Below are positions 14,001-26,800 of a stretch of DNA of 64,000 nt, one piece after another. The stretch comes from the human T2T-CHM13v2.0 reference genome, Homo sapiens. The notes under the pieces were generated by a model. It was given only the letters and a program-made list of their open reading frames with translations, did no database searches and was not told the origin of the DNA. The position numbers and the translations under genes were made by a program. The stretch lies in assembly GCF_009914755.1 (NCBI RefSeq), contig NC_060946.1; one strand, written 5' to 3'. Positions within the stretch are counted from its first letter, which is position 1, and every line of letters starts with the position of its first letter.

Positions 14001-14850
14001 TGACATATCCCTGCAATGATCACACAGGTGATATACCACTTGCCAAGGCTCTGCTTACAGGGGCATTGCAATGTATCTCTGCACTGATCACCTAGGACTT
14101 GTAGCTATTTTCTAGGATCTGCCTACAGGGTGCTTTGTGACGGGTCCCAGCAAGGATTACCCAGGTGATGTACCTCTCATCAAGGCTCTGCCTACAGGCA
14201 CATTGCGATATATCTCTGCACTGATCACCAAGGTCATGTAACTTTTGTCTAGGCTCTACCTACGATGGCATTGTGACATATCTCTGCACTAATCATCCAA
14301 GTGATGTAACACTTGTCTAGGATGTGCCTAAATTAACTTTTTGACATAACCCTGTACTGATCATCCAGGTGATGGGGCTTTTGCCTGGGCTCTGCCTAAG
14401 GGGGCATTGTGACATATTTCTGCATTGATCACCCAGGTGGCGAACTCTTCTCTCGGATCTGCCTATGGGGGCATTGTGAGAAATCTCTGCACTGATCACC
14501 CAGGTGATGTAACTGTTGTGTAACCTCTGCCTACAGGGGAATTGTGAGAGATCTCGCCACTGATTACCCAAGTGATGTAACCATTGTCTAGGCTTTGCGT
14601 ACAGGGGGCTTTGTGACATACCTTTGCACTGATCACCCAGGTGTTGTAACATATCTAAGTTCGGCCTAAAGGAGCTTTGTGACACATCTCTGCACTGATC
14701 ACTTAGGTGATGTAACACTTTTATAATCACTGCCTACAGGGAATTTTGACAAATCTCTGCACTGATCACCTAGGTGATGTAACTCTTGTCTTCCCTCTGT
14801 CCAACGGGGCATTGTGAAATATCTCTGCACTGAACACCCAAGTGATTCAA
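11000..14850 (-). repeat. Two 29-monomer HOR units (1974 bp) of subfamily C embedded in subfamily A
   Basis: Landmarks at 10910, 12884, 14858 (spacing 1974). Extra 'cctacaatgg' monomer at ~11945 and ~13920. Variants 'ggacactgtg', 'gccaacagg', 'ctccctggtac', 'ttaaacgagg', 'gtaaattttg', 'cactgaacacc' are shared with 55.9-64 kb. Confidence 0.88.
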
Positions 14851-17800
14851 CTCTTGACTAGGAACTGCCTACAGAGGTTATTGTGAAATATCTCTGCACT
14901 GAAAAACTAGGTGGTGTAACCCTTGTCCAAGCTCTGCCTACAGGGGCGTTTCCACATATCCCTGAACTGATGACAAAGGTGATGTAACTCTTGCCTAGGC
15001 TTTGCCTACAGGGAACATTGGACATATATCTGCAGTGATCACCCAGGTGATGCAACTCTTGCCTAGGCTTTGCCTACAGGGGACATTGTGACATATCTCT
15101 TCAATGATCACTCATGTGATGCATCTCTTGCCTAGGCTTTGCCTACAGGGGACATTGTGACATATCTCTGCACTGATCTCCCAGGTGCTGTAACTTTAGT
15201 CTAGGCTCTGGCTACACGGCATTGTGACACATCACTGCACTGATCAACCAGGTGATATAACCCTTGTGTAGGCTCTGCCTACAGTGGGATTGTGACCTAC
15301 CTCTGCACTGATCACCCAGGTGATATAACTCTTCTCTAGGATCTGCCTACAGGGTACTTTGTGACATATCCCTGCACTGATCAACCAGGTGATCTAACTC
15401 TGGTCTAAGCTCTGCCTAAAGGGGCATTGTGACAGATCTCTGCACTGATCACTCAGGTGATGTAAGTATTGTCTAGGCTCTGCTTCAAGGGGCCTTGTCA
15501 CATATCTCTGCACTGATCACCCAGGTGATGTAACTCTTGTCTAGGCTCTGCTTCCAGGGCATATTGTGACATATCTATGAACTGATCACCTTAGTGATGT
15601 AACATTTTGGTAGGCTCGGCCTACAGGGGAATCTTGACATATCTCTGCACTGTTAACCGAGGTGATTTAACTCTTCTCTAGGCTGTGCCCACAGGGGGAT
15701 TGAGACATATCTCTGCACTGATCCCGAGGTGATACAACTCTTGCCTGGTCTCTGCCTACTGTGGACATTGTGACATATCTCTGCACTGATCTCCCAGGTG
15801 CTGTAACTTTAGCCTAGGCTCCGGCTACACGGCATTGTGACATATCACTGCACTGATCACCCAGGCGATATAACTGTTCTCTAGGATCTGACCACAGGGT
15901 GCATTGTGACATATCCCTGCAATGATCACCCTGGTGATATACCACTTGCCAAGGCTCTGCCTACAGGGGCATTGCAATGTATCTCTGCACTGATCACCTA
16001 GGTCTTGTAGCTATTTTCTAGGATCTGCCTACAGGGTGCTTTGTGACGTGTCCCAGCAAGGATTACCCAGGTGATGTACCTCCCATCAGGGCTCTGCCTA
16101 CAGGCACATTGTGATGTATCTCTGCACTGATCACCTCGGTCATGTAACTTTTTTCTGGGCTCTACCTACGATGGCATTGTGACATATCTCTGCACTAATC
16201 ATCCAAGTGATGTAACACTTGTCTAGGATGTGCCTAAATTAACTTTTTGACATAACCCTGTACTGATCATCCAGGTGATGGAGCTTTTCTCTAGGCTCTG
16301 TCTAAGGGGGCATTGTGACATATTTCTGCATTGATCACCCAGGTGGCGAACTCTTCTCTCGGATCTGCCTATGGGGGCATTGTGAGAAATCTCTCCACTG
16401 ATCACCCAGGTGATGTAACTGTTGTGTTACCTCGGCCTACAGGTTAATTGTGAGAGATCTCGTCACTGATTACCCAAGTGATGTAACCATTGTCTAGGCT
16501 TTGCGTACAGGGGGCTTTGTGACATACCTTTGCACTGATCACCCAGGTGATGTATCATATCAAAGTTCGGCCTAAAGGAGATTTGTGACATATCTCTGCA
16601 CTGATCACTTAGGTGATGTAACACTTTTATAATCACTGCCTACAGGGAATTTTGACAAATCTCTGCACTGATCACCTAGGTGATGTAACTCTTGTCTACC
16701 CTCTGTCCAACGGGGCATTGTGAAATGTCTCTGCACTGATCACCCAGGTGATTCAACTCTTGACTAGGAACTGCCTACAGAGGTTATTGTGAAATATCTC
16801 TGCACTGATAAACTAGGTGGGGTAACCCCTGTCCAAGCTCTGCCTACAGGGGCGTTTCCACATATCCCTGAACTGATGACAAAGGTGATGTAACCCTTGC
16901 CTAGGCTTTGCCCACAGGGAACATTGGACATATATCTGCACTGATCACCCAGGTGATGCAACTCTTGCCTAGGCTTTGCCTACAGGGGACATTGTGACAT
17001 ATCTCTTCAATGATCACTCATGTGATGCATCTCTTGCCTAGGCTTTGCCTACAGGGGACATTGTGACATATCTCTGCACTGATCTCCCAGGTGCTGTAAC
17101 TTTAGTCTAGGCTCTGGCTACACGGCACTGTGACACATCACTGCACTGATCAACAAGGTGATATAACTCTTGTATAGGCTCTGCCTACAGTGGGATTGTG
17201 ACCTACCTCTGCACTGATCACCCAGGTGATATAACTCTTCTCTAGGATCTGCCTACAGGGTACTTTGTGACATATCCCTGCACTGATCAACCAGGTGATC
17301 TAACTCAAGTCTAGGCTCTGCCTAAAGGGGCATTGTGACAGATCTCTGCACTGATCACTCTGGTGATGTAAGTATTGTCTAGGCTCTGCTTCAAGGGGCC
17401 TTGTCACATATCTCTGCACTGATCACCCATGTGATGTAACTCTTGTCTAGGCTCTGCTTCCAGGGAATATTGTGACATATCTATGCACTGATCACCTTAG
17501 TGATGTAACATTTTGGTAGGCTCGGCCTACAGGGGAATCTTGACATATCTCTGCACTGTTAACCGAGGTGATTTAACTCTTGTCTAGGCTGTGCCCACAG
17601 GGGGATTGAGACATAACTCTGCACTGATCCCGAGGTGATACAACTCTTGCCTGGTCTCTGCCTACTGTGGACATTGTGACATATCTCTGCACTGATCTCC
17701 CAGGTGCTGTAACTTTAGCCTGGGCTCTGGCTACACGGCATTGTGACATATCACTGCACTGATCACCCAGGCGATATAACTCTTCTCTAGGATCTGAACA

Positions 17801-20800
17801 CAGGGTGCATTGTGACATATCCCTGCAATGATCACCCAGGTGATATACCACTTGCCAAGGCTCTGCCTACAGGGGCATTGCAATGTATCTCTGCACTGAT
17901 CACCTAGGTCTTGTAGCTATTTTCTAGGGTCTGCCTACAGGGTGATTTGTGACGGGTCCCAGCAAGGATTACCCAGGTGATGTACCTCCCATCAAGGCTC
18001 TGCCTGCAGGCACATTGTGATGTATCTCTGCAGTGATCACCTCGGTCATGTAACTTTTTTCTGGGCTCTACCTACGATGGCATTGTGACATATCTCTGCA
18101 CTAATCATCCAAGTGATGTAACTCTTGTCTAGGATGTGCCTAAATTAACTTTTTGACATAACCCTGTACTGATCATCCAGGTGATGGAGCTTTTGTCTAG
18201 GCTCTGCCTAAGGGGGCATTGTGACATATTTCTGCATTGATCACCCAGGTGGCGAACTCTTCTCTCGGATCTGCCTATGTGGGCATTGTGAGAAATCTCT
18301 GCACTGATCACCCAGGTGATGTAACTGTTGTGTAACCTCTGCCTACAGGTTAATTGTGAGAGATCTCGTCACTGATTACCCAAGTGATGTAACCATTGTC
18401 TAGGCTTTTCGTACAGGGGGCTTTGTGACATACCTTTGCACTGATCACCCAGGTGATGTATCACATCAAAGCTCGGCCTAAAGGAGCTTTGTGACATATC
18501 TCTGCACTGATAACTTAGGTGATGTAACACTTTTATAATCACTGCCTACAGGGAATTTTGACAAATCTCTGCACTGATCACCTAGGTGATGTAACTCTTG
18601 TCTACCCTCTGTCCAACTGGGCATTGTGAAATGTCTCTGCACTGATCACCCAGGTGATTCAACTCTTGACTAGGAACTGCCTACAGAGGTTATTGTGAAA
18701 TATCTCTGCACTGATAAACTAGGTGGTGTAACCCTTGTCCAAGCTCTGCCTACAGGGGCGTTTCCACATATCCCTGAGCTGATGACAAAGGTGATGTAAC
18801 TCTTGCCTAGGCTTTGCCTACAGGGAACATTGGACATATATCTGCACTGATCACCCAGGTGATGCAACTCTTGCCTAGGCTTTTCCTACAGGGGACATTG
18901 TGACATATCTCTTCAATGATCACTCATGTGATGCATCTCTTGCCTAGGCTTTGCGTACAGGGGACATTGTTACATATCTCTGCACTGATCTCCCAGGTGC
19001 TGTAACTTTAGTCTAGGCTCTGGCTACACGGCATTGTGACATATCACTGCACTGATCAACCAGGTGATATAACTCTTGTATAGGCTCTGCCTACAGGGAG
19101 ATTGTGACCTACCTCTGCACTGATCACCCAGGTGATATAACTCTTCTCTAGGATCTGCCTACAGGGTACTTTATGACATATCCCTGCACTGATCACCCAG
19201 GTGATCTAACTTTGGTCTAAGCTCTGCCTAAAGGGGCATTGTGACAGATCTCTGCACTGATCCCTCTGGTGATGTAAGTATTGTCTAGGCTCTGCTTCAA
19301 GGGGCCTTATCACATATCTCTGCACTGATCACCCAGGTGATGTAACTCTTGTCTAGGCTCTGCTTCCAGGGCATACTGTGACATATCTATGCACTGATCA
19401 CCTTAGTGATGTAACACTTTGGTAGGCTCGGCGTACAGGGGAATCTTGACATATCTCTGCACTGTTAACCGAGGTGATCTAACCCTTGTCTAGGCTGTGC
19501 CCACAGGGGGATTGAGACATAGCTCTGCACTGATCCCGAGGTGATACAACTCTTGCCTGGTCTCTGCCTACTGTGGACATTGTGACATATCTCTGCACTG
19601 ATCTCCCAGGTGTTGTAACTTTAGTCTAGGCTCCGGCTACACAGTATTGTGACATATCACTGCAAGTGATCATCCAGGCGATATAACTTTTCTCTGGGAT
19701 CTGACCACAGGGTGCTTTGTGCCATATCCCTGCAATGATCACCCAGGTGATATACCACTTGCCAAGGCTCTGCCTACAGGGGCATTGCAATGTATCTCTG
19801 CACTGATCACCTAGGTCTTGTAGCTATTTTCTAGGATCTGCCTACAGGGTGCTTTGTGACGTGTCCCAGCAAGGATTACCCAGGTGATGTACCTCTCATC
19901 AAGGCTCTGCCTACAGGCACATTGTGATGTATCTCTGCACTGATCACCTTGGTCATGTATCTTTTTTCTAGGCTCTACCTACGATGGCATTGTGACATAT
20001 GTCTCCACTAATCATCCAAGTGATGTAACCCTTGTCTAGGATGTGCCTAAATTAACTTTTTGACATAACCCTGTACTGATCATCCAGGTTATGGAGCTTT
20101 TCTCTAGGCTCTGTCTAAGGGGGCATTGTGACATATTTCTGCATTGATCACCCAGGTGGCGAACTCTTCTCTCGGATCTGCCTATGGGGGCATTGTGAGA
20201 AATCTCTGCACTGATCACCCAGGTGATGTAACTGTTGTGTTACCTCTGCCTGCAGGTTAATTGTGAGAGATCTCGTCACTGATTACCCAAGTGATGTAAC
20301 CATTGTCTAGGCTTTTCGTACAGGGGGCTTTGTGACATAACTTTGCACTGATCACCCAGGTGATGTATCACATCAAAGTTCGGCCTAAAGGAGCTTTGTG
20401 ACATATCTCTGCACTGATCACTTAGGTGATGTAACACTTTTATAATCACTGCCTACAGGGAATTTTGACAAATCTCTGCACTGATCACCTAGGTGATGTA
20501 ACTCTTGTCTACCCTCTGTCCAACGGGGCATTGTGAAATGTCTCTGCACTGATCACCCAGATGATTCAACTCTTGACTAGGAACTGCCTACAGAGGTTAT
20601 TTTGAAATATCTCTGCACTGATAAACTAGGTGGTGTAACCCTTGTCCAAGCTCTGCCTACAGGGGCGTTTCCACATATCCCTGATCTGATGACAAAGGTG
20701 ATGTAACTCTTGCCTAGGCTTTGCCTACAGGGAACATTGGACATATATCTGCACTGATCACCCAGGTGATGCAACTCTTGCCTAGGCTTTGCCTACAGGG

Positions 20801-23800
20801 GACATTGTGGCATATCTCTTCAATGATCACTCATGTGATGCATCTCTTGCCTAGGCTTTGTCTACAGGGGACATTGTGACATATCTCTGCACTGATCTCC
20901 CAGGTGCTGTAACTTTAGTCTAGGCTCTGGCTACACGGCATTGTGACATATCACTGCACTGATCAACCAGGTGATATAACTCTTGTATAGGCTCTGCCTA
21001 CAGGGGGATTGTGACCTACCTCTGCACTGATCACCCAGGTGATATAACTCTTCTCTAGGATCTGCCTACAGGGTACTTTGTGACATATCCCTGCACTGAT
21101 CACCCAGGTGATCTAACTCTGGTCTAAGCTCTGCCTAAAGGGGCATTGTGACAGATCTCTGCACTGATCCCTCTGGTGATGTAAGTATTGTCTAGGCTCT
21201 GCTTCAAGGGGCCTTGTCACATATCTCTGCACTGATCACCCAGGTGATGTAACTCTTGTCTAGGCTCTGCTTCCAGGGCATATTGTGACATATCTATGCA
21301 CTGATCACCTTAGTGATGTAACACTTTGGTAGGCTCGGCCTACAGGGGAATCTTGACATATCTCTGCACTGTTAACCGAGGTGATTTAACTCTTGTCTAG
21401 GCTGTGCCCACAGGGGGATTGAGACATATCTCTGCACTGATCCCGAGGTGATACAACTCTTGCCTGGTCTCTGCCTACTCTGGACATTGTGACATATCTC
21501 TGCACTGATCTCCCAGGTGCTGTAACTTTAGTCTGGGCTCCGGCTACACGGCATTGTGACATATCACTGCAACTGATCACCCAGGCGATATAACTCTTCT
21601 CTAGGATCTGACCACAGGGTGCTTTGTGACATATCCCTGCAATGATCACCCAGGTGATATACCACTTGCCAAGGCTCTGCCTACAGGGGCATTGCAATGT
21701 ATCTCTGCACTGATCACCTAGGTCTTGTAGCTATTTTCTAGGATCTGCCTACAGGGTGCTTTGTGACGTGTCCCAGCAAGGATTACCCAGGTGATGTACC
21801 TCTCATCAAGGCTCTGCCTACAGGCACATTGTGATGTATCTCTGCACTGATCACCTCGGTCATGTAACTTTTTTCTTGGCTCTACCTACGATGGCATTGT
21901 GACATATTTCTGCACTAATCATCCAAGTGATGTAACTCTTGTCTAGGATGTGCCTAAATTAACTTTTTGACATAACCCTGTACTGATCATCCAGGTGATG
22001 GAGCTTTTGTCTAGGCTCTGCCTAAGGGGGCATTGTGACATATTTCTGCATTGATCACCCAGGTGGCGAACTCTTCTCTCGGATCTGCCTATGTGGGCAT
22101 TGTGAGAAATCTCTGCACTGATCACCCAGGTGATGTAACTGTTGTGTAACCTCTGCCTACAGGTTAATTGTGAGAGATCTCGTCACTGATTACCCAAGTG
22201 ATGTAACCATTGTCTAAGCTTTGCGTACAGGGGGCTTTGTGACATACCTTTGCACTGATCACCCAGGTGAGGTAACACATCAAAGTTCGGCCTAAAGGAG
22301 CTTCGTGATATATCTCTGCACTGATCACTTAGGTGATGTAACAGTTTTATAATCACTGCCTACAGGGAATTTTGACAAATCTCTGCACTGATCACCTAGG
22401 TGATGTAACTCTTGTCTAACCTCTGTCCAACGGGACATTGTGAAATGTCTCTGCACTGATCACCCAGGTGATTCAACTCTTGACTAGGAACTGCCTACAG
22501 AGGTTATTGTGAAATATCTCTGCACTGATAAACTAGGTGGGGTAACCCTTGTCCAAGCTCTGCCTACAGGGGCGTTTCCAGATATTCCTGAACTGATGAC
22601 AAAGGTGATGTAACTCTTGCCTAGGCTTTGCCTACAGGGAACATTGGACATATATCTGCACTGATCACCCAGGTGATGCAACTCTTGCCTAGGCTTTGCC
22701 TACAGGGGACATTGTGACATATCTCTTCAATGATCACTCATGTGATGCATCTCTTGCCTAGGCTTTGCCTACAGGGGACATTGTGACATATCTCTGCACT
22801 GATCTCCCAGGTGCTGTAACTTTAGTCTAGGCTCTGGCTACAGGGCATTGTGACATATCTCTGCACTGATCAACCAGGTGATATAACTCTTGTATAGGCT
22901 CTGCCTACAGGGGGATTGTGACCTACCTCTGCACTGATCACCCAGGTGATATAACTCTTCTCTAGGATCTGCCTACAGGGTATTTTGTGACATATCCCTG
23001 CACTGATCACGCAGGTGATCTAACTCTGGTCTAAGCTCTGCCTAAAGGGGCATAGTGACAGATCTCTGCACTGATCCCTCTGGTCATGTAAGTATTGTCT
23101 AGGCTCTGCTTCAAGGGGCCTTGTCACATATCTCTGCACTGATCACCCAGGTGATGTAACTCTTGTCTAGGCTCTGCTTCCAGGGCATATTGTGACATAT
23201 CTATGCACTGATCACCTTAGTGATGTAACACTTTGGTAGGCTCGGCCTACAGGGGAATCTTGACATATCTCTGCACTGTTAACCGAGGTGATTTAACCCT
23301 TGTGTAGGCTGTGCCCACAGGGGGATTGAGACATATCTCTGCACTGATCCCGAGGTGATACAACTCTTGCCTGGTCTCTGCCTACTGTGGACATTGTGAC
23401 ATATCTCTGCACTGATCTCCCAGGTGCTGTAACTTTAGCCTAGGCTCCGGCTACACGGCATTGTGACATATCACTGCTCTGATCACCCAGGCGATATAAC
23501 TCTTCTTTAGGATCTGACCACAGGGTGCATTGTGACATATCCCTGCAATGATCACCCAAGTGATGTACCACTTGCCAAGGCTCTGCCTACAGGGGCATTG
23601 CAATGTATCTCTGCACTGATCACCTAGGTCTTGTAGCTATTTTCTAGGATCTGCCTACAGGGTGCTTTGTGACGGGTCCCAGCAAGGATTACCCAGGTGA
23701 TGTACCTCCCATCAAGGCTCTGCCTGCAGGCACATTGTGATGTATCTCTGCAGTGATCACCTCGGTCATGTAACTTTTTTCTGGGCTCTACCTACGATGG

Positions 23801-26800
23801 CATTGTGACATATCTCTGCACTAATCATCCAAGTGATGTAACTCTTGTCTAGGATGTGCCTAAATTAACTTTTTGACATAACCCTGTACTGATCATCCAG
23901 GTGATGGAGCTTTTGTCTAGGCTCTGCCTAAGGGGGCATTGTGACATATTTCTGCATTGATCACCCAGGTGGCGAACTCTTCTCTCGGATCTGCCTATGT
24001 GGGCATTGTGAGAAATCTCTGCACTGATCACCCAGGTGATGTAACTGTTGTGTAACCTCTGCCTACAGGTTAATTGTGAGAGATCTCGTCACTGATTACC
24101 AAGTGATGTAACCATTGTCTAGGCTTTTCGTACAGGGGGCTTTGTGACATACCTTTGCACTGATCACCCAGGTGATGTATCACATCAAAGTTCGGCCTAA
24201 AGGAGCTTTTTGACATATCTCTGCACTGATCACTTAGGTGATTTAACACTTTTATAATCACTGCCTACAGGGAATTTTGACAAATCTCTGCACTGATCAC
24301 CTAGGTGATGTAACTCTTGTCTACCCTCTGTCCAACGGGGCATTGTGAAATGTCTCTGCACTGATCACCCAGGTGATTCAACTCTTGACTAGGAACTGCC
24401 TACAGAGGTTATTGTGAAATATCTCTGCACTGATAAACTAGGTGGTGTAACCCTTGTCCAAGCTCTGCCTACAGGGGCGTTTCCACATATCCCTGAGCTG
24501 ATGACAAAGGTGATGTAACTCTTGCCTAGGCTTTGCCTACAGGGAACATTGGACATATATCTGCACTGATCACCCAGGTGATGCAACTCTTGCCTAGGCT
24601 TTGCCTACAGGGGACATTGTGGCATATCTCTTCAATGATCTCTCATGTGATGCATCTCTTGCCTAGGCTTTGTCTACAGGGGACATTGTGACATATCTCT
24701 GCACTGATCTCCCAGGTGCTGTATCTTTAGTCTACGCTCTTGCTAGACGGCATTGTAACATATCAATGCACTGATCAACCAGGTAATATAACTCTTGTAT
24801 AGGCTCTGCCTACAGGGGGATTGTGACCTACCTCTGCACTGATCACCCAGGTGATATAACTCTTCTCTAGGATCTGCCTACAGGGTACTTTGTGACATAT
24901 CCCTGCACTGATCACCCAGGTGATCTAACTCTGGTCTAAGCTCTGCGTAAAGGGGCATTGTGACAGATCTCTGCACTGATCCCTCTGGTGATGTAAGTAT
25001 TGTCTAGGCTCTGCTTCAAGGGGCCTTGTCACATATCTCTGCACTGATCACCCAGGTGATGTAACTCTTGTCTAGGCTCTGCTTCCAGGGCATATTGTGA
25101 CATATCTATGCACTGATCACCTTAGTGATGTAACACTTTGGTAGGCTCGGCCTACAGGGGAATCTTGACATATCTCTGCACTGTTAACCGAGGTGATTTA
25201 ACCCTTGTCTAGGCTGTGCCCACAGGGGGATTGAGACATATCTCTGCACTGATCCCGAGGTGATACAACTCTTGCCTGGTCTCTGCCTACTGTGGACATT
25301 GTGACATATCTCTGCACTGATCTCCCAGGTGCTGTAACTTTAGCCTCGGCTCCGGCTACAAGGCATTGTGACATATCACTGCACTTATCACCCAGGCGAT
25401 ATAACTCTTCTCTAGGATCTGACCACAGGGGGCTTTGTGACATACCTTTGCACTGATCACCCAGGTGATGTAACACATCTACGTTCGGCCTAAAGGAGCT
25501 TTGTGACATATCTCTGCACTGGTCACTTAGGTGATGTAACACTTTTATAATCACTTCCTACAGGGAATTTTGACTAATCTCTGCACTGATCACCTAGGTG
25601 ATGTAACTCTTGTCTACCCTCTGTCCAACGGGACATTGTGAAATATCTGTGCACTGATCACCAAGGTGATTCAACTCTTGACTAGGAACTGCCTACAGAG
25701 GTTATTGTGAAATATCTCTGCACTGATAAACTAGGTGGGGTAACCCTTGTCCAAGCTCTGCCTACAGGGGCTTTTCCACATATCCCTGAACTGATGACAA
25801 AGGTGATGTAACTCTTGCCTAGGCTTTGCCTACAGGGAACATTGGACATATATCTGCACTGATCACCCAGGTGATGCAACTCTTGCCTAGGCTTTGCCTA
25901 CAGGGGACATTGTGACATATCTCTTCAATGATCTCTCATGTGATGCATCTCTTGCCTAGGCTTTGCCTACAGGCGACATTGTGACATATCTCTGCACTGA
26001 ATTCCCAGGTGCTGTAACTTTAGTCTAGGCTCTGGCTACACGGCATTGTGACATATCACTGCACTGATCAACCAGGTGATATAACTCTTGTATAGGCTCT
26101 GCCTACAGGGGGATTGTGACCTACCTCTGCACTGATCACCCAGGTGATATAACTCTTCTCTAGGATCTGCCTACAGGGTACTTTGTGACATATCCCTGCA
26201 CTGATCACCCAGGTGATCTAACTCTGGTCTAAGCTCTGCCTAAAGGGGCATTGTGACAGATCTCTGCACTGATCCCTCTGGTGATGTAAGTATTGTCTAG
26301 GCTCTGCTTCAAGGGGCCTTGTCACATATCTCTGCACTGATCACCCAATTGATGTAACTCTTGTCTAGGCTGTGCTTCCAGGGCCTATTGTGACATATCT
26401 ATGCACTGATCACCTTAGTGATGTAACACTTTGGTAGGCTCGGCCTACAGGGGAATCTTGACATATCTCTGCACTGTTAACCGACGTGATTTAACTCTTG
26501 TCTAGGCTGTGCCCACAGGGGGATTGAGACATATCTCTGCACTGATCCCCAGGTGATACAACTCTTGCCTGGTCTCTGCCTACTCTGGACATTGTGACAT
26601 ATCTCTGCACTGATCTCCCAGGTGCTGTAACTTTAGGCTGGGCTCCGGCTACACGGCATTGTGACATATCACTGCACTGATCACCCAGGCGATATAACTC
26701 TTCTCTAGGATCTGAACACAGGGTGCATTGTGACATATCCCTGCAATGATCACCCAGGTGATATACCACTTGCCAAGGCTCTGCCTACAGGGGCATTGCA

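Noticed and set aside
12343-14730. Longer 137-aa ORFs recurring in 29-mer units
   Set aside because: They arise from loss of one stop codon by a subfamily variant (gtcact to gccact) and are still pure satellite translation.
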